A DNA stretch of 64,000 nt from Thermoanaerobaculia bacterium (GTDB lineage Bacteria; Acidobacteriota; Thermoanaerobaculia; Gp7-AA8). Below are positions 25,868 through 33,984 of this stretch, one piece after another (positions within the stretch are counted from its first letter, which is position 1; each line of letters opens with the position of its first letter). Under the pieces are notes generated by a model. It did not search any database. It saw nothing but the letters and a program-made list of their open reading frames with translations, and was not told where the DNA came from. The stretch spans positions 5,167,600-5,231,599 of the forward strand of contig OY970284.1 in the NCBI GenBank assembly GCA_963715895.1, given 5' to 3'. The translations under genes were made by a program, and so were the position numbers.

Positions 25868-26973
25868 GCCGTTACCGCTTCCTCGACGTACGGGGTAATG
25901 TCGAAGTTCCGCACGTACATCTCGTGGACCTGCTCCATCTCCGCGTCGCTGAGCGGCGGGTGGTCGGAGGAGGCGGCGAATTCGCGGATCTGTTCTTCAT
26001 CGTAGATGTTCGGGAGCGCGGAGAGGATGGACTTGTGGGCGTAGAGCCAGAGAAGAGCGAACTGGCCGAGGGTCACGCCGCGTTCTTTGCGCAGCAACTC
26101 CAGGCGATCGACTTTCTGCAAACCCTCCACCATCCAGGAGCGCGGGCGGTGCGAGCGGTGGTCGGTCTCGTCGAACTTCGTGTCGAGTGTGTACTTCCCT
26201 TCCAGCATCCCCGAGGAGTGGGTGACGCGGATGAGGAACTGCGGATCGGGATCGGCCTTCCAAGCGCGGAACGACGGATCGAAGGCAGATGACGGCGTAC
26301 AGACCTTCTTCCCCAGCTCGCCTCTCATCGATTCGGGCACGCCCGCGTACGCCGGCCCCTTCGCGGCGGCGAGGATGAACTCGCGGCCGGGGTCCTGCTC
26401 GAGGACGTTGTAGATCATCTGCGTGACCGGCGCGTGGCGCACGGCGTTGGCGTAGATCCCTTCGTCGCGCCAGCCGATGGCCGGGCCGAGGGAGGGACCG
26501 TAGGAGAGGATTTTGCCTTCGCTCTTCAGCGCCTCCAGCGTCTCCCAATGCTCGTCTTCCATTAGCGTGACCACGCGCGGGTTGTGCGGCTGATAGATGG
26601 CGACATGATCGACGCCGAGCCGCTGGAGGGACTGCTCGATAGCGAAGCGGACGAACTTCGGCGACATGTCCTGCGGCAGCTCGCGCTGGCCCCGGGGACG
26701 CTCGGGATTGTTGTAGAAGTCGTAGCCGAACTTTGTCCCGACGATGACCTCGGGATGCTCGGCCAGCAGAGGCTTGAGCATCGTCTCGCCGCGGCCGTTT
26801 CCATACGCGTCGGCGGTGTCGATGTAGTTGATGCCGGCGTCGAGCGCGATCCCGATCAGGCGCCGCGCTTCATCGTCGGTGTAATTGCCCCACCAGCCGG
26901 TGGTGAGTGTCCAGGTGCCAAAACCGAGCTCGGAGAGCTCGAGATCAGTGTCATGAAGCTTTCGGTAGCGCAT
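25864..26973 (-). CDS. Aldo/keto reductase
   Basis: MRYRKLHDTDLELSELGFGTW...GINYIDTADAYGNGRGE is present. The ATG at 26973 is preferred over the track start at 27060. It overlaps the ALDH gene by 4 nt. Confidence 0.85.
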   Translation of the reverse strand: MRYRKLHDTDLELSELGFGTWTLTTGWWGNYTDDEARRLIGIALDAGINYIDTADAYGNGRGETMLKPLLAEHPEVIVGTKFGYDFYNNPERPRGQRELPQDMSPKFVRFAIEQSLQRLGVDHVAIYQPHNPRVVTLMEDEHWETLEALKSEGKILSYGPSLGPAIGWRDEGIYANAVRHAPVTQMIYNVLEQDPGREFILAAAKGPAYAGVPESMRGELGKKVCTPSSAFDPSFRAWKADPDPQFLIRVTHSSGMLEGKYTLDTKFDETDHRSHRPRSWMVEGLQKVDRLELLRKERGVTLGQFALLWLYAHKSILSALPNIYDEEQIREFAASSDHPPLSDAEMEQVHEMYVRNFDITPYVEEAVTA

Positions 26974-26986
26974 GACGGAAAAGATA

Positions 26987-27688
26987 TCACCGAGCGGCGC
27001 GCCTGCGACCCTGTGGACCGACGACAGCGAAGGCGTACGTGCCAGTGAAGGTCGGCACACCGAAATCGATCACCTGCCAGTGAACGATGTATGTGCCTGC
27101 CGGGAGTGAGGCAATCGTCGCGGATGCCGTCTGGCAGCGTGCCGGTAGCGGTGTAATGGGAGGCAGTTCGTTATCGACATCGTCGGAAACTGTGACTTCA
27201 TTGCCGCTGATCGAAACGCTCGTCTGCCCAGCGAAGTTCGTCGCGAGCAAGCGCGTGAGCGACAGCACGACAGGCTTTCCGGCGATTGGCGCGAGCGGAT
27301 CTACCGTGAACATTCCGTCGCTGCAGCTCGCCGCCGCGGATGTAACGATGAACGATCCCGACATCGGCGAGGAGGTGCTCAGACGAACCGTCACACTGTA
27401 GTAGCCGGGTGGAAGAGTGCCGATCTGAACGAGTCTTTGTCCGCACGGAATGTCGCCGAGAGAGGCCGGATCGGCGTGAACGGTAGGCTGATCAATGGTG
27501 ATCTGATTCCCATCGATGGCGAGGGAAGGCGCCTGGATGAAGCCGAGATATGGCGCTGAATAGGAAAGCGCGACGGGCTGGCCGGCCACCGGGGAATCGG
27601 GCTGAACGGTAACGCCAAGGGTGCAGGGGGCAGCCGAGGCCAGTGCGGAGAAAAGCAGTAGCGCCGCGGCGATCTTCAGTACTTTCAT
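26987..27688 (-). CDS. Hypothetical secreted protein
   Basis: The signal peptide MKVLKIAAALLLFSALASAAPC is present from the internal ATG at 27688. No family was recognised. Confidence 0.5.
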   Translation of the reverse strand: MKVLKIAAALLLFSALASAAPCTLGVTVQPDSPVAGQPVALSYSAPYLGFIQAPSLAIDGNQITIDQPTVHADPASLGDIPCGQRLVQIGTLPPGYYSVTVRLSTSSPMSGSFIVTSAAASCSDGMFTVDPLAPIAGKPVVLSLTRLLATNFAGQTSVSISGNEVTVSDDVDNELPPITPLPARCQTASATIASLPAGTYIVHWQVIDFGVPTFTGTYAFAVVGPQGRRRAAR

Positions 27689-27761
27689 CAAATCCTCCAA
27701 AAACAAAACGGCGCGACCTGAGGCCGCGCCGTCCGTGGTCACATCTGTATAAGTGATGATA

Positions 27762-28562
27762 CTACTTTCCGGCGAACTGAGGCTTTCTCTTCTGGTTGTA
27801 GGCGCTCAGCCCTTCCTTCGCGTCTTCGCTCTGGAAAAGCTGCTGTTGCAGTTCGCGCTCGATGGCCAGGGCTGACTCGAACGGGACTTCCCAGCCGCTC
27901 TGGACCGCCCGCTTGATGCGGCCGACGGCGCGTGAGGCCTTGTTCGGGGGGCAGAAGCTCTGGGCGTACTCCATGACCCGGTCCCACCACTTCTTGCCGT
28001 CCTGCTCGGCAGGCCAGAGGTAGTTGATCACGCCGAGACGGAGCGCTTCCTCGAATTCGAAGAGGCCCCCTTCGACCATCAGTTCGATCGATTTCGTCTT
28101 CCCGACGAGGCGCGACAGGCGCTGCGTGCCGCCCGTCCCGGGGAGGACGCCCAGGGTCACCTCCGGCAGGCCGCACTTCCCGCCGCCCTGAAGGGCGATA
28201 CGGATGTCGGCGGCCATGGCGATTTCCAGCCCGCCGCCGACGGTGTGGCCGTTCAGCGCGGCGATCACCAGCTTCGGCGTCTGCTCGAGTCGGTTCAGAG
28301 TCTCGTTCGCGTGCAGACAGAAGTAGTACTTGAACTGCGGTGTGACCTCCGAAAGCATCTTGATGTTCGCCCCGGCGGAGAAGAACTTGTCGCCCGAGCC
28401 GCGGAGCACGATCACGTAGACGTCGTCGTCCATACGCGCGCTAAGGATGCACGTATCGAGCTCCTTGTTCATTTCGTAGGTGTAGGTATTCGCCGGGGGG
28501 TCGTTCAGCTCGAGGATCGCCACGCCTTTTTCCACCCGGTAATCGATGAGATTTCCAGCCAT
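27762..28562 (-). CDS. Enoyl-CoA hydratase/isomerase (crotonase) family protein
   Basis: MAGNLIDYRVEKGVAILELNDPPANTY...ALNGHTVGGGLEIAMAADIRIA is present. The track ORF N-terminus (TDNRQPTTDNR) is a translated hairpin repeat, so the ATG at 28562 is preferred. Confidence 0.85.
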   Translation of the reverse strand: MAGNLIDYRVEKGVAILELNDPPANTYTYEMNKELDTCILSARMDDDVYVIVLRGSGDKFFSAGANIKMLSEVTPQFKYYFCLHANETLNRLEQTPKLVIAALNGHTVGGGLEIAMAADIRIALQGGGKCGLPEVTLGVLPGTGGTQRLSRLVGKTKSIELMVEGGLFEFEEALRLGVINYLWPAEQDGKKWWDRVMEYAQSFCPPNKASRAVGRIKRAVQSGWEVPFESALAIERELQQQLFQSEDAKEGLSAYNQKRKPQFAGK

Positions 28563-28613
28563 GTTGTCTCCTGTTCGGTAAATGCGGCGCGCATTGTATG
28601 TGATGCGGGGGCG

Positions 28614-28790
28614 GGGGTCGGTTGTCGGGAGTCGGTTGTCGGTTGTCGGTTGTCGGTTGTCGGTTGTCGGGGAGGTGGGAGTTGACCGGCTCATCTCCAC
28701 CCCACGCGAGAACCGATCACCGGGAACCGACAACCGATAACTGACAACCGACAACTCGATACAGAGGAACCGACACGACAACCGAGAACC
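28614..28790. repeat. Heptamer-arm hairpin element, copy F (longest; divergent intergenic region)
   Basis: The left arm has five consecutive perfect TCGGTTG units (28632-28666). The right arm is GAACCGATCACCGGGAACCGACAACCGATAACTGACAACCGACAAC...GAACCGACACGACAACCGAGAACC. Confidence 0.85.
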
Positions 28791-28852
28791 TCTCGCACTG
28801 GCACCCTAGTTGCTCAACCATACCCAGTGGACAACCTGAAGGAGACACAACC

Positions 28853-29104
28853 ATGAACATCATCGGATGGCTTCTATTCGGCCTCGTAGTGGGCGCGATC
28901 GCCAAGTTCCTCATGCCTGGACGCGACCCGGGTGGGTGGATCGTGACGATCCTCCTCGGCATTGCCGGCTCGTTCGTCGGAGGCTTCCTCGCTTCGATGC
29001 TCGGCCACAACGAACAGACGGCGGGATGGATCGGCTCGATCATCGGCGCGATCGTCCTGCTCTTCATCTACCGCCTCATCGTCGGCCGGCGCGCCGTCGT
29101 CTGA
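28853..29104 (+). CDS. GlsB/YeaQ/YmgE (transglycosylase-associated) family stress membrane protein
   Basis: MNIIGWLLFGLVVGAIAKFLMPGRDPGGWIVTILLGIAGSFVGGFL is the family signature. An RBS GAAGGAG lies upstream. Confidence 0.85.
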   Translation: MNIIGWLLFGLVVGAIAKFLMPGRDPGGWIVTILLGIAGSFVGGFLASMLGHNEQTAGWIGSIIGAIVLLFIYRLIVGRRAVV

Positions 29105-29133
29105 CGACCCAACGCCCCCCGACTCACCCTCCC

Positions 29134-29160
29134 AAGGCCCCCGAAACGGGGCCTTTTTTT
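29134..29160 (+). terminator. Rho-independent terminator
   Basis: AAGGCCCC-CGAAAC-GGGGCCTT runs into a T7 tract. Confidence 0.75.
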
Positions 29161-29320
29161 GTGCCGGAAGGAACGGTTCAACGGCCGGCTGTGTTCTTCG
29201 TAGCATGCAACGGACGCCCGCGAAACATTTCGCCGGCTCGTTCGTCTCAAATTGAAAGCGCGGCCACGCCGCCATCCAAACCGGCATGGCGCCGCTCCCA
29301 ACCGTTAAAATGACCAGAAA

Positions 29321-30910
29321 ATGACCAGCAACAAAGGAGCTTCAACCCATATGAATCCATCCACCAAACGCATTCTGTCGACGATCGCGATCATCATCGC
29401 TTCGGTCGCGTTCGGTGTCGTCATCAGCGCCGACCTCGGCCTGATGCGGCCGTCGAACGCTCAGTCAGCAGCCATCCAGACCACCTCAGGCGGTGTGCCG
29501 GCCGTCTCGGTCACCATCCCGTCGTTCGCCGACGTCGCCGCCCGCGTCATGCCGGCCGTCGTGTCGATCACGTCGACCGAGGTCATCAAGACGAGCGACC
29601 TTCGCAATAAGAGCCCCTTCGGAGGCGACCCCTTCGAATTCTTCTTCCCGAATCCAAACGGACAGCGAAGCCCGCACGGAAAGACTCCGGATGAAGACGA
29701 CGAGCGCAAGCAGGTCGCCGGCGGCTCGGGCTTCATCATTTCACCGGATGGTTACATCGTCACGAACAACCACGTCATCGACGGCGCCAGCAAGGTTCAG
29801 GTCCACTGGGGCGCCGACGAGAACGGCAATGGCGGACACACCAGCGAGGCCAAGATCATCGGCCGCGATCCGGCCACCGACATTGCCCTTCTGAAGATCG
29901 AGGCCGGCCAGACACTGCCGAGTCTCCCCCTCGGCGACTCCGACCGCATCCGCAAGGGTGACTGGGCCATCGCCATCGGCAACCCGTTCCAGTTCGAGAA
30001 CACGCTGACTGTCGGTGTGATCTCCGCAAAGGGACGGGCCCTGGGGCTGAGCGACCAGACCCGTTCCTTCGAGAACTTCATTCAGACTGACGCCGCCATC
30101 AACTTCGGCAATTCGGGCGGCCCGCTCATGAACATCAACGGTGAGGTCATCGGAATCAACACCGCCATCCGCGGCGGCGGCGCGCAGGGCCTCGGCTTTG
30201 CCACTCCGATCAACACCGCCAAGCGCCTGCTGCCGCAGCTCCGGCAAGGCCATGTGACGCGCGGCTACCTCGGCATGGGCATCCTCGATCTCTCCGAAGA
30301 CGCGCGCGCGGGCTTCAACCTTCCGCCTGATACGCGTGGCGCACTCGTCCAGACCGTCGAGCCGGGACTTCCGGCGGCGAAGGCCGGACTCCAGCCGGGC
30401 GACGTCATCATCGAAGCCGATAAACAAACGATCAACAGCAACCGCGCCCTCATCGACTACATTTCCTATCTGCCCGTCGGCAGCAAGATCGATCTGACGG
30501 TCATTCGCGACGGCAAGCACCGTACGATGACCGCCTCGACGATCGAGCGGACACTCGAGACCGACAACAAGACGGATACGACGAAACCCGAAGAGGTCGC
30601 CCCTGCCCGCAACAAGCTGGGCATGTCAGTCCAGGAGCTGACGCCGCAGTTGCGCCAGACCTACGGCCATTCCGACAACATCGCAGGTGTCGTCGTGACG
30701 AATGTCAAAGAAGTCTCGGCAGCCGGCGACGTCCTCAGCGAAGGCGACGTGATCAGCGAAGTGCAGGGCGAGAAGGTTACGAACCTCGCGCAGTTCCGCG
30801 CGGCGATCGATCGTCTCAAGCCGGGCCAGACGGCGCGTATCTATGTGACGTCACCGGGCCGCAGCGGCGCCGCGATCTCTGGATACCGTTTCATCCACGT
30901 TCCCGCCTGA
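29321..30910 (+). CDS. htrA: Do/DegP/HtrA family periplasmic serine endoprotease with two PDZ domains
   Basis: The catalytic motifs are TNNHVI, DIALLKI and GNSGGPLMN. C-terminal PDZ-like regions are present. Confidence 0.9.
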   Translation: MTSNKGASTHMNPSTKRILSTIAIIIASVAFGVVISADLGLMRPSNAQSAAIQTTSGGVPAVSVTIPSFADVAARVMPAVVSITSTEVIKTSDLRNKSPFGGDPFEFFFPNPNGQRSPHGKTPDEDDERKQVAGGSGFIISPDGYIVTNNHVIDGASKVQVHWGADENGNGGHTSEAKIIGRDPATDIALLKIEAGQTLPSLPLGDSDRIRKGDWAIAIGNPFQFENTLTVGVISAKGRALGLSDQTRSFENFIQTDAAINFGNSGGPLMNINGEVIGINTAIRGGGAQGLGFATPINTAKRLLPQLRQGHVTRGYLGMGILDLSEDARAGFNLPPDTRGALVQTVEPGLPAAKAGLQPGDVIIEADKQTINSNRALIDYISYLPVGSKIDLTVIRDGKHRTMTASTIERTLETDNKTDTTKPEEVAPARNKLGMSVQELTPQLRQTYGHSDNIAGVVVTNVKEVSAAGDVLSEGDVISEVQGEKVTNLAQFRAAIDRLKPGQTARIYVTSPGRSGAAISGYRFIHVPA

Positions 30911-30938
30911 ACACACCTCAAACAACGTTCGAACGAAA

Positions 30939-30965
30939 AGCCGGCGAGCAATCGCCGGCTTTTTT
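30939..30965 (+). terminator. Rho-independent terminator
   Basis: AGCCGGCGA-GCAA-TCGCCGGCT is followed by a T-run. Confidence 0.8.
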
Positions 30966-30982
30966 GTTGGACAATCGCTCTC

Positions 30983-31990
30983 GTGCAAGACCTCATGCGC
31001 CGCGCGCTGGAGCTGGCCGCCCGCGGCCGCTACTCCGTCAGCCCGAATCCAATGGTCGGCTGCCTCATCGTGCGCGACGGAAACGTCATCGCCGAGGGAT
31101 GGCATCAGAGAGCCGGCGAACCGCACGCGGAGATCGAGGCGCTGCGTAACGTCGATGCCCGCGGTGCGACGATGATCGTGACGCTCGAGCCATGCACACA
31201 CCACGGCCGCACGCCGCCCTGCGCCGACGCCATCATCGCCGCCAGCGTCTCGCGAGTCGTCATCGCCATGCGTGATCCGCATGCTGTCGCCGCTGGCGGC
31301 GTCGAGAAACTGCGTGAGGCCGGCATCGAGGTCGTCACCGGAGTCCTCGAAGAGGAGGCGCGCAAGCTCAACGAGATTTTCGTTCACGCCGTCACGCACC
31401 GCCGCCCCTTCGTGCTGCTGAAGGCCGGCATGACGCTCGACGGCAAACTGGCCACGGTCACGCGTGAAAGCAAATGGATCACGTCCGAGGCCGCACGTCA
31501 GAAGAGCCTGGAGCTGCGCGAAGAGTACGACGCCATCCTTGCCGGCGGCGGCACGGTGGCAACCGACAATCCCCACCTCACCCGACGCCTCGGCTGGAAC
31601 ACCGCACGCGCCGGCTGGATGCGCATCATCCTCGACCGCCGCCGGATCGTGCCGCCGGACGCGCACGTCTTGACCGATGGCGGTACAACGGTTCACATCG
31701 TCGATGATGCCGATCTCGACGCTCTTCTCGCCGACCTATACGAACGCGGCATCCATTCGGTGATCGTCGAAGGTGGTTCACAGGTGCTCTCGGAGTTCAT
31801 CCGCCGAGGACTGTGGCAGAAGATGATCCTCTTCATCGCTCCGATGATGATCGGCGGCGCGGAAGCGCCATCGATATTCAGCGGCGAGGGCATCGCGAAG
31901 TTGACGGACGCGTATCGGTTTCGGTTTGATCGGGTGGAGGCTGTGGGTGGGGATGTGATGATTACTACTTACCCCTCAGAGTCCTCCTGA
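30983..31990 (+). CDS. ribD: Bifunctional riboflavin biosynthesis deaminase/reductase
   Basis: The deaminase motifs HAEIEAL and TLEPCTHHGRTPPC are present, with a C-terminal reductase domain. The start is GTG. Confidence 0.9.
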   Translation: MQDLMRRALELAARGRYSVSPNPMVGCLIVRDGNVIAEGWHQRAGEPHAEIEALRNVDARGATMIVTLEPCTHHGRTPPCADAIIAASVSRVVIAMRDPHAVAAGGVEKLREAGIEVVTGVLEEEARKLNEIFVHAVTHRRPFVLLKAGMTLDGKLATVTRESKWITSEAARQKSLELREEYDAILAGGGTVATDNPHLTRRLGWNTARAGWMRIILDRRRIVPPDAHVLTDGGTTVHIVDDADLDALLADLYERGIHSVIVEGGSQVLSEFIRRGLWQKMILFIAPMMIGGAEAPSIFSGEGIAKLTDAYRFRFDRVEAVGGDVMITTYPSESS

Positions 31991-32078
31991 GAAGGACGTT
32001 TTATGAGTCTGCTGCACCGGTCGCTGCAGAGACAGTCAGCGCACTGCAGCGCGAGGATCGCTGCGGTAGAATCAGGCC

Positions 32079-32224
32079 GTGTATAACGAGTTCACATCCA
32101 TCATCGAGCAGGACGGCGAATGGTTTGTAGCCTACTCACCCGAGAGGACGCTCGCGAAAATCTGGCCGAGGCGATCGCACTCATCCTCGAAGATCTCCGC
32201 CAAACTAACCAGTGGGGAGTGTAG
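32079..32224 (+). pseudogene. Decayed HicB-family antitoxin remnant (internal deletion/frameshift)
   Basis: Frame A reads VYNEFTSIIEQDGEWFVAYSPE. After a frame change the sequence reads EDARENLAEAIALILEDLRQTNQWGV*. Together these resemble the two ends of about 70-aa HicB-like proteins with the middle missing. Confidence 0.45.
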
Positions 32225-32229
32225 TCACG

Positions 32230-32430
32230 ATGACGAGAGTTCAGGCGCTTGAACAAGAGATCGAACGGCTTTCCCCAGAGGAATTGGTGGAGCTGCGGGT
32301 GTGGCTTGACGAACGCGAAGCCGAAGCATGGGATCGCGAAATCGAACGCGATGCGGCATCGGGCAAGCTCGACAAGCTTTTCGAAAAGTCGATGGCAGAT
32401 CACCGCGCGGGTAAGAGCCGCGAGATTTGA
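32230..32430 (+). CDS. Putative addiction-module antitoxin
   Basis: The translation is MTRVQALEQEIERLSPEELVELRVWLDEREAEAWDREIERDAASGKLDKLFEKSMADHRAGKSREI. Its stop overlaps the toxin start (TTGA). Confidence 0.6.
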   Translation: MTRVQALEQEIERLSPEELVELRVWLDEREAEAWDREIERDAASGKLDKLFEKSMADHRAGKSREI

Positions 32431-32684
32431 AACACTACACCAGCCCGGATTTCTGGCACCTCTTCGACCGTCTTCCCTCGGATATTCAGACTCTCGCGCG
32501 CGAAAACTATGAGTTGCTGAAAGCCAACCCACGCCATCCATCGCTCCATCTGAAAAAGGCCGGAGAGTACTGGTCCGTACGAATTGGTCTCGGCTATCGT
32601 GCCCTTGGCAAGGACGTCGAAGGTGGCATCCTGTGGGGCTGGATCGGACTGCACGCCAAATATACGAGAATCCTTTCGTCTTAG
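32427..32684 (+). CDS. RelE/ParE-superfamily type II toxin
   Basis: The protein is 85 aa: FWHLFDRLPSDIQTLARENYELLKANPRHPSLHLKKAGEYWSVRIGLGYRALGKDVEGGILWGWIGLHAKY. The TTG start is coupled to the antitoxin stop. Confidence 0.6.
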   Translation: MKHYTSPDFWHLFDRLPSDIQTLARENYELLKANPRHPSLHLKKAGEYWSVRIGLGYRALGKDVEGGILWGWIGLHAKYTRILSS

Positions 32685-32692
32685 GACTAGCC

Positions 32693-33286
32693 ATGTTCAC
32701 CGGCATCATCAATCACAGCGGCATCATCGATTCTCTCGAACGCCTGGCGTCGGGAGCACGGTTGCGGCTGCGCACGACCGACAGCGAGCCGTTCACGCTT
32801 GGCGAAAGCCTGGCGGTGAATGGCGTCTGCCTGACCGTCCTGCCGCAGGAGGACGGCATGCTACTCACCGATGTCTCCAACGAAACGCTCGCGCGCACGA
32901 CGCTGGGCGCGCTGACCAGCGGCGCGCGCGTGAACGTCGAGCGTGCCATGGCCCTCGGCGATCGCCTCGGCGGGCATCTCGTCCAGGGACATGTCGACTG
33001 CGTCGGGACGCTTCTGTCGATCGCCCCCGAGGGCGACTTCGCGGTCTATCGCTGGAGCTGCCCGGCCGAATACAAGGAGCTCATCGTCGACAAGGGCTCG
33101 ATTGCCGTCGACGGGGTGTCATTGACTGTCGTCGATCCGGACAGCGCGAGCTTCGGCGCGGCGCTGATTCCGGAGACTCTCCGCCGCACAAACCTCGGCG
33201 ATGCCGCGATCGGCGACCGCGTGAACCTCGAGCTGGACATGATCGCCAAGTACGTCCGTTCGCTCGTAGCGCCGTATTTGCGGTAG
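32693..33286 (+). CDS. ribE: Riboflavin synthase alpha chain
   Basis: MFTGIINHSGII...GESLAVNGVCLTV...GSIAVDGVSLTV shows the duplicated Lum-binding repeats. The ATG at 32693 is preferred over the track start. Confidence 0.9.
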   Translation: MFTGIINHSGIIDSLERLASGARLRLRTTDSEPFTLGESLAVNGVCLTVLPQEDGMLLTDVSNETLARTTLGALTSGARVNVERAMALGDRLGGHLVQGHVDCVGTLLSIAPEGDFAVYRWSCPAEYKELIVDKGSIAVDGVSLTVVDPDSASFGAALIPETLRRTNLGDAAIGDRVNLELDMIAKYVRSLVAPYLR

Positions 33287-33310
33287 CGCAGTCTCGCGGT
33301 CTCGCGGCAT

Positions 33311-33726
33311 GTTCCTCCGCCTGCGTGTCGTGTTCCTCCGCCTGCGTGTCGTGTACCTTCGCCCGCGTGTCGTGTACCTTCGCCCGCGTGTCGTGCTCCT
33401 CCGCCTGCGTGTCGTGTACCTTCGCCCGCGTGTCGTGCTCCTCCGCCTGCGTGTCGTGTACCTTCGCCTGCGTGTCGTGAACCTTCGCCTGTGTGTCGTG
33501 AACCTTCGCCTGCGTGTCGTGTCCCTCCGCCGGCGTGTCGTGTACCTTCGCCTGTGTATCGTGTACCTTCGCCTGCGTGTCGTGTTCCTCCGCCCGCGTG
33601 TCGTGTACCTTCGCCTGCGTGTCGTGTACCTTCGCCTGCGTGTCGTGAACCTTTGCCGGCGTGTCGTGTACCTTCGCCGGCGTGTCGTGTTCCTCCGCCT
33701 GCGTGTCGCGTTACTCCGCCTGCTGG
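33311..33726. repeat. 21-bp tandem repeat array (about 19.5 units), non-coding minisatellite
   Basis: The unit consensus is GTACCTTCGCCTGCGTGTCGT, with variants GTTCCTCCGCC, GCTCCTCCGCC, GAACCTTCGCC and GTCCCTCCGCC. Units follow head-to-tail with no spacers. All six frames are open across the array. Confidence 0.95.
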
Positions 33727-33984
33727 ACAAAACCGCGGGGGGTCACACCTTCGTATTTCGCAGAGCGCTAAACCACTGACCTCGCACGACTTGAGCACAT
33801 CAAGATCAACGCCGCGACCAGTCAGGTAGTTATTCGCATTTCACCGTCGCCGGGAAATGTCGCGCCGTATTTGCGGTAGCGCAGGAACGCTGTTTCGCGG
33901 CATTGAAGGTCGAGTTGCCGCGAGACCCCGCAACCGGCAGACCCCGTAACCGCGTCCTCGCAACCGCGAATACACTGTCGCGGC

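Noticed and set aside
30911-30982. Expected FMN riboswitch upstream of ribD
   Set aside because: Only 72 nt separate htrA and ribD. A rho-independent terminator fills most of that, and no FMN aptamer-like conserved segments are visible.
33311-33726. Possible CRISPR array suggested by regular short repeats
   Set aside because: The units are contiguous with a 21-nt period and no unique spacers. The repeats are too short, and no cas genes or leader are nearby. It is a minisatellite.
33046-33798. 250-aa minus-strand ORF encoding GTRHAGE heptad repeats, together with the other long ORFs crossing the array
   Set aside because: The open frames are a trivial consequence of the 21-nt period. This ORF would run antisense through the last 240 nt of ribE, and it lacks a convincing start or RBS.
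33727-33861. Possible tRNA fragment on the minus strand (GGTCAGTGGTTTAGCGCTCTGC resembles a D-arm)
   Set aside because: No cloverleaf, anticodon arm or T-arm could be built around it.
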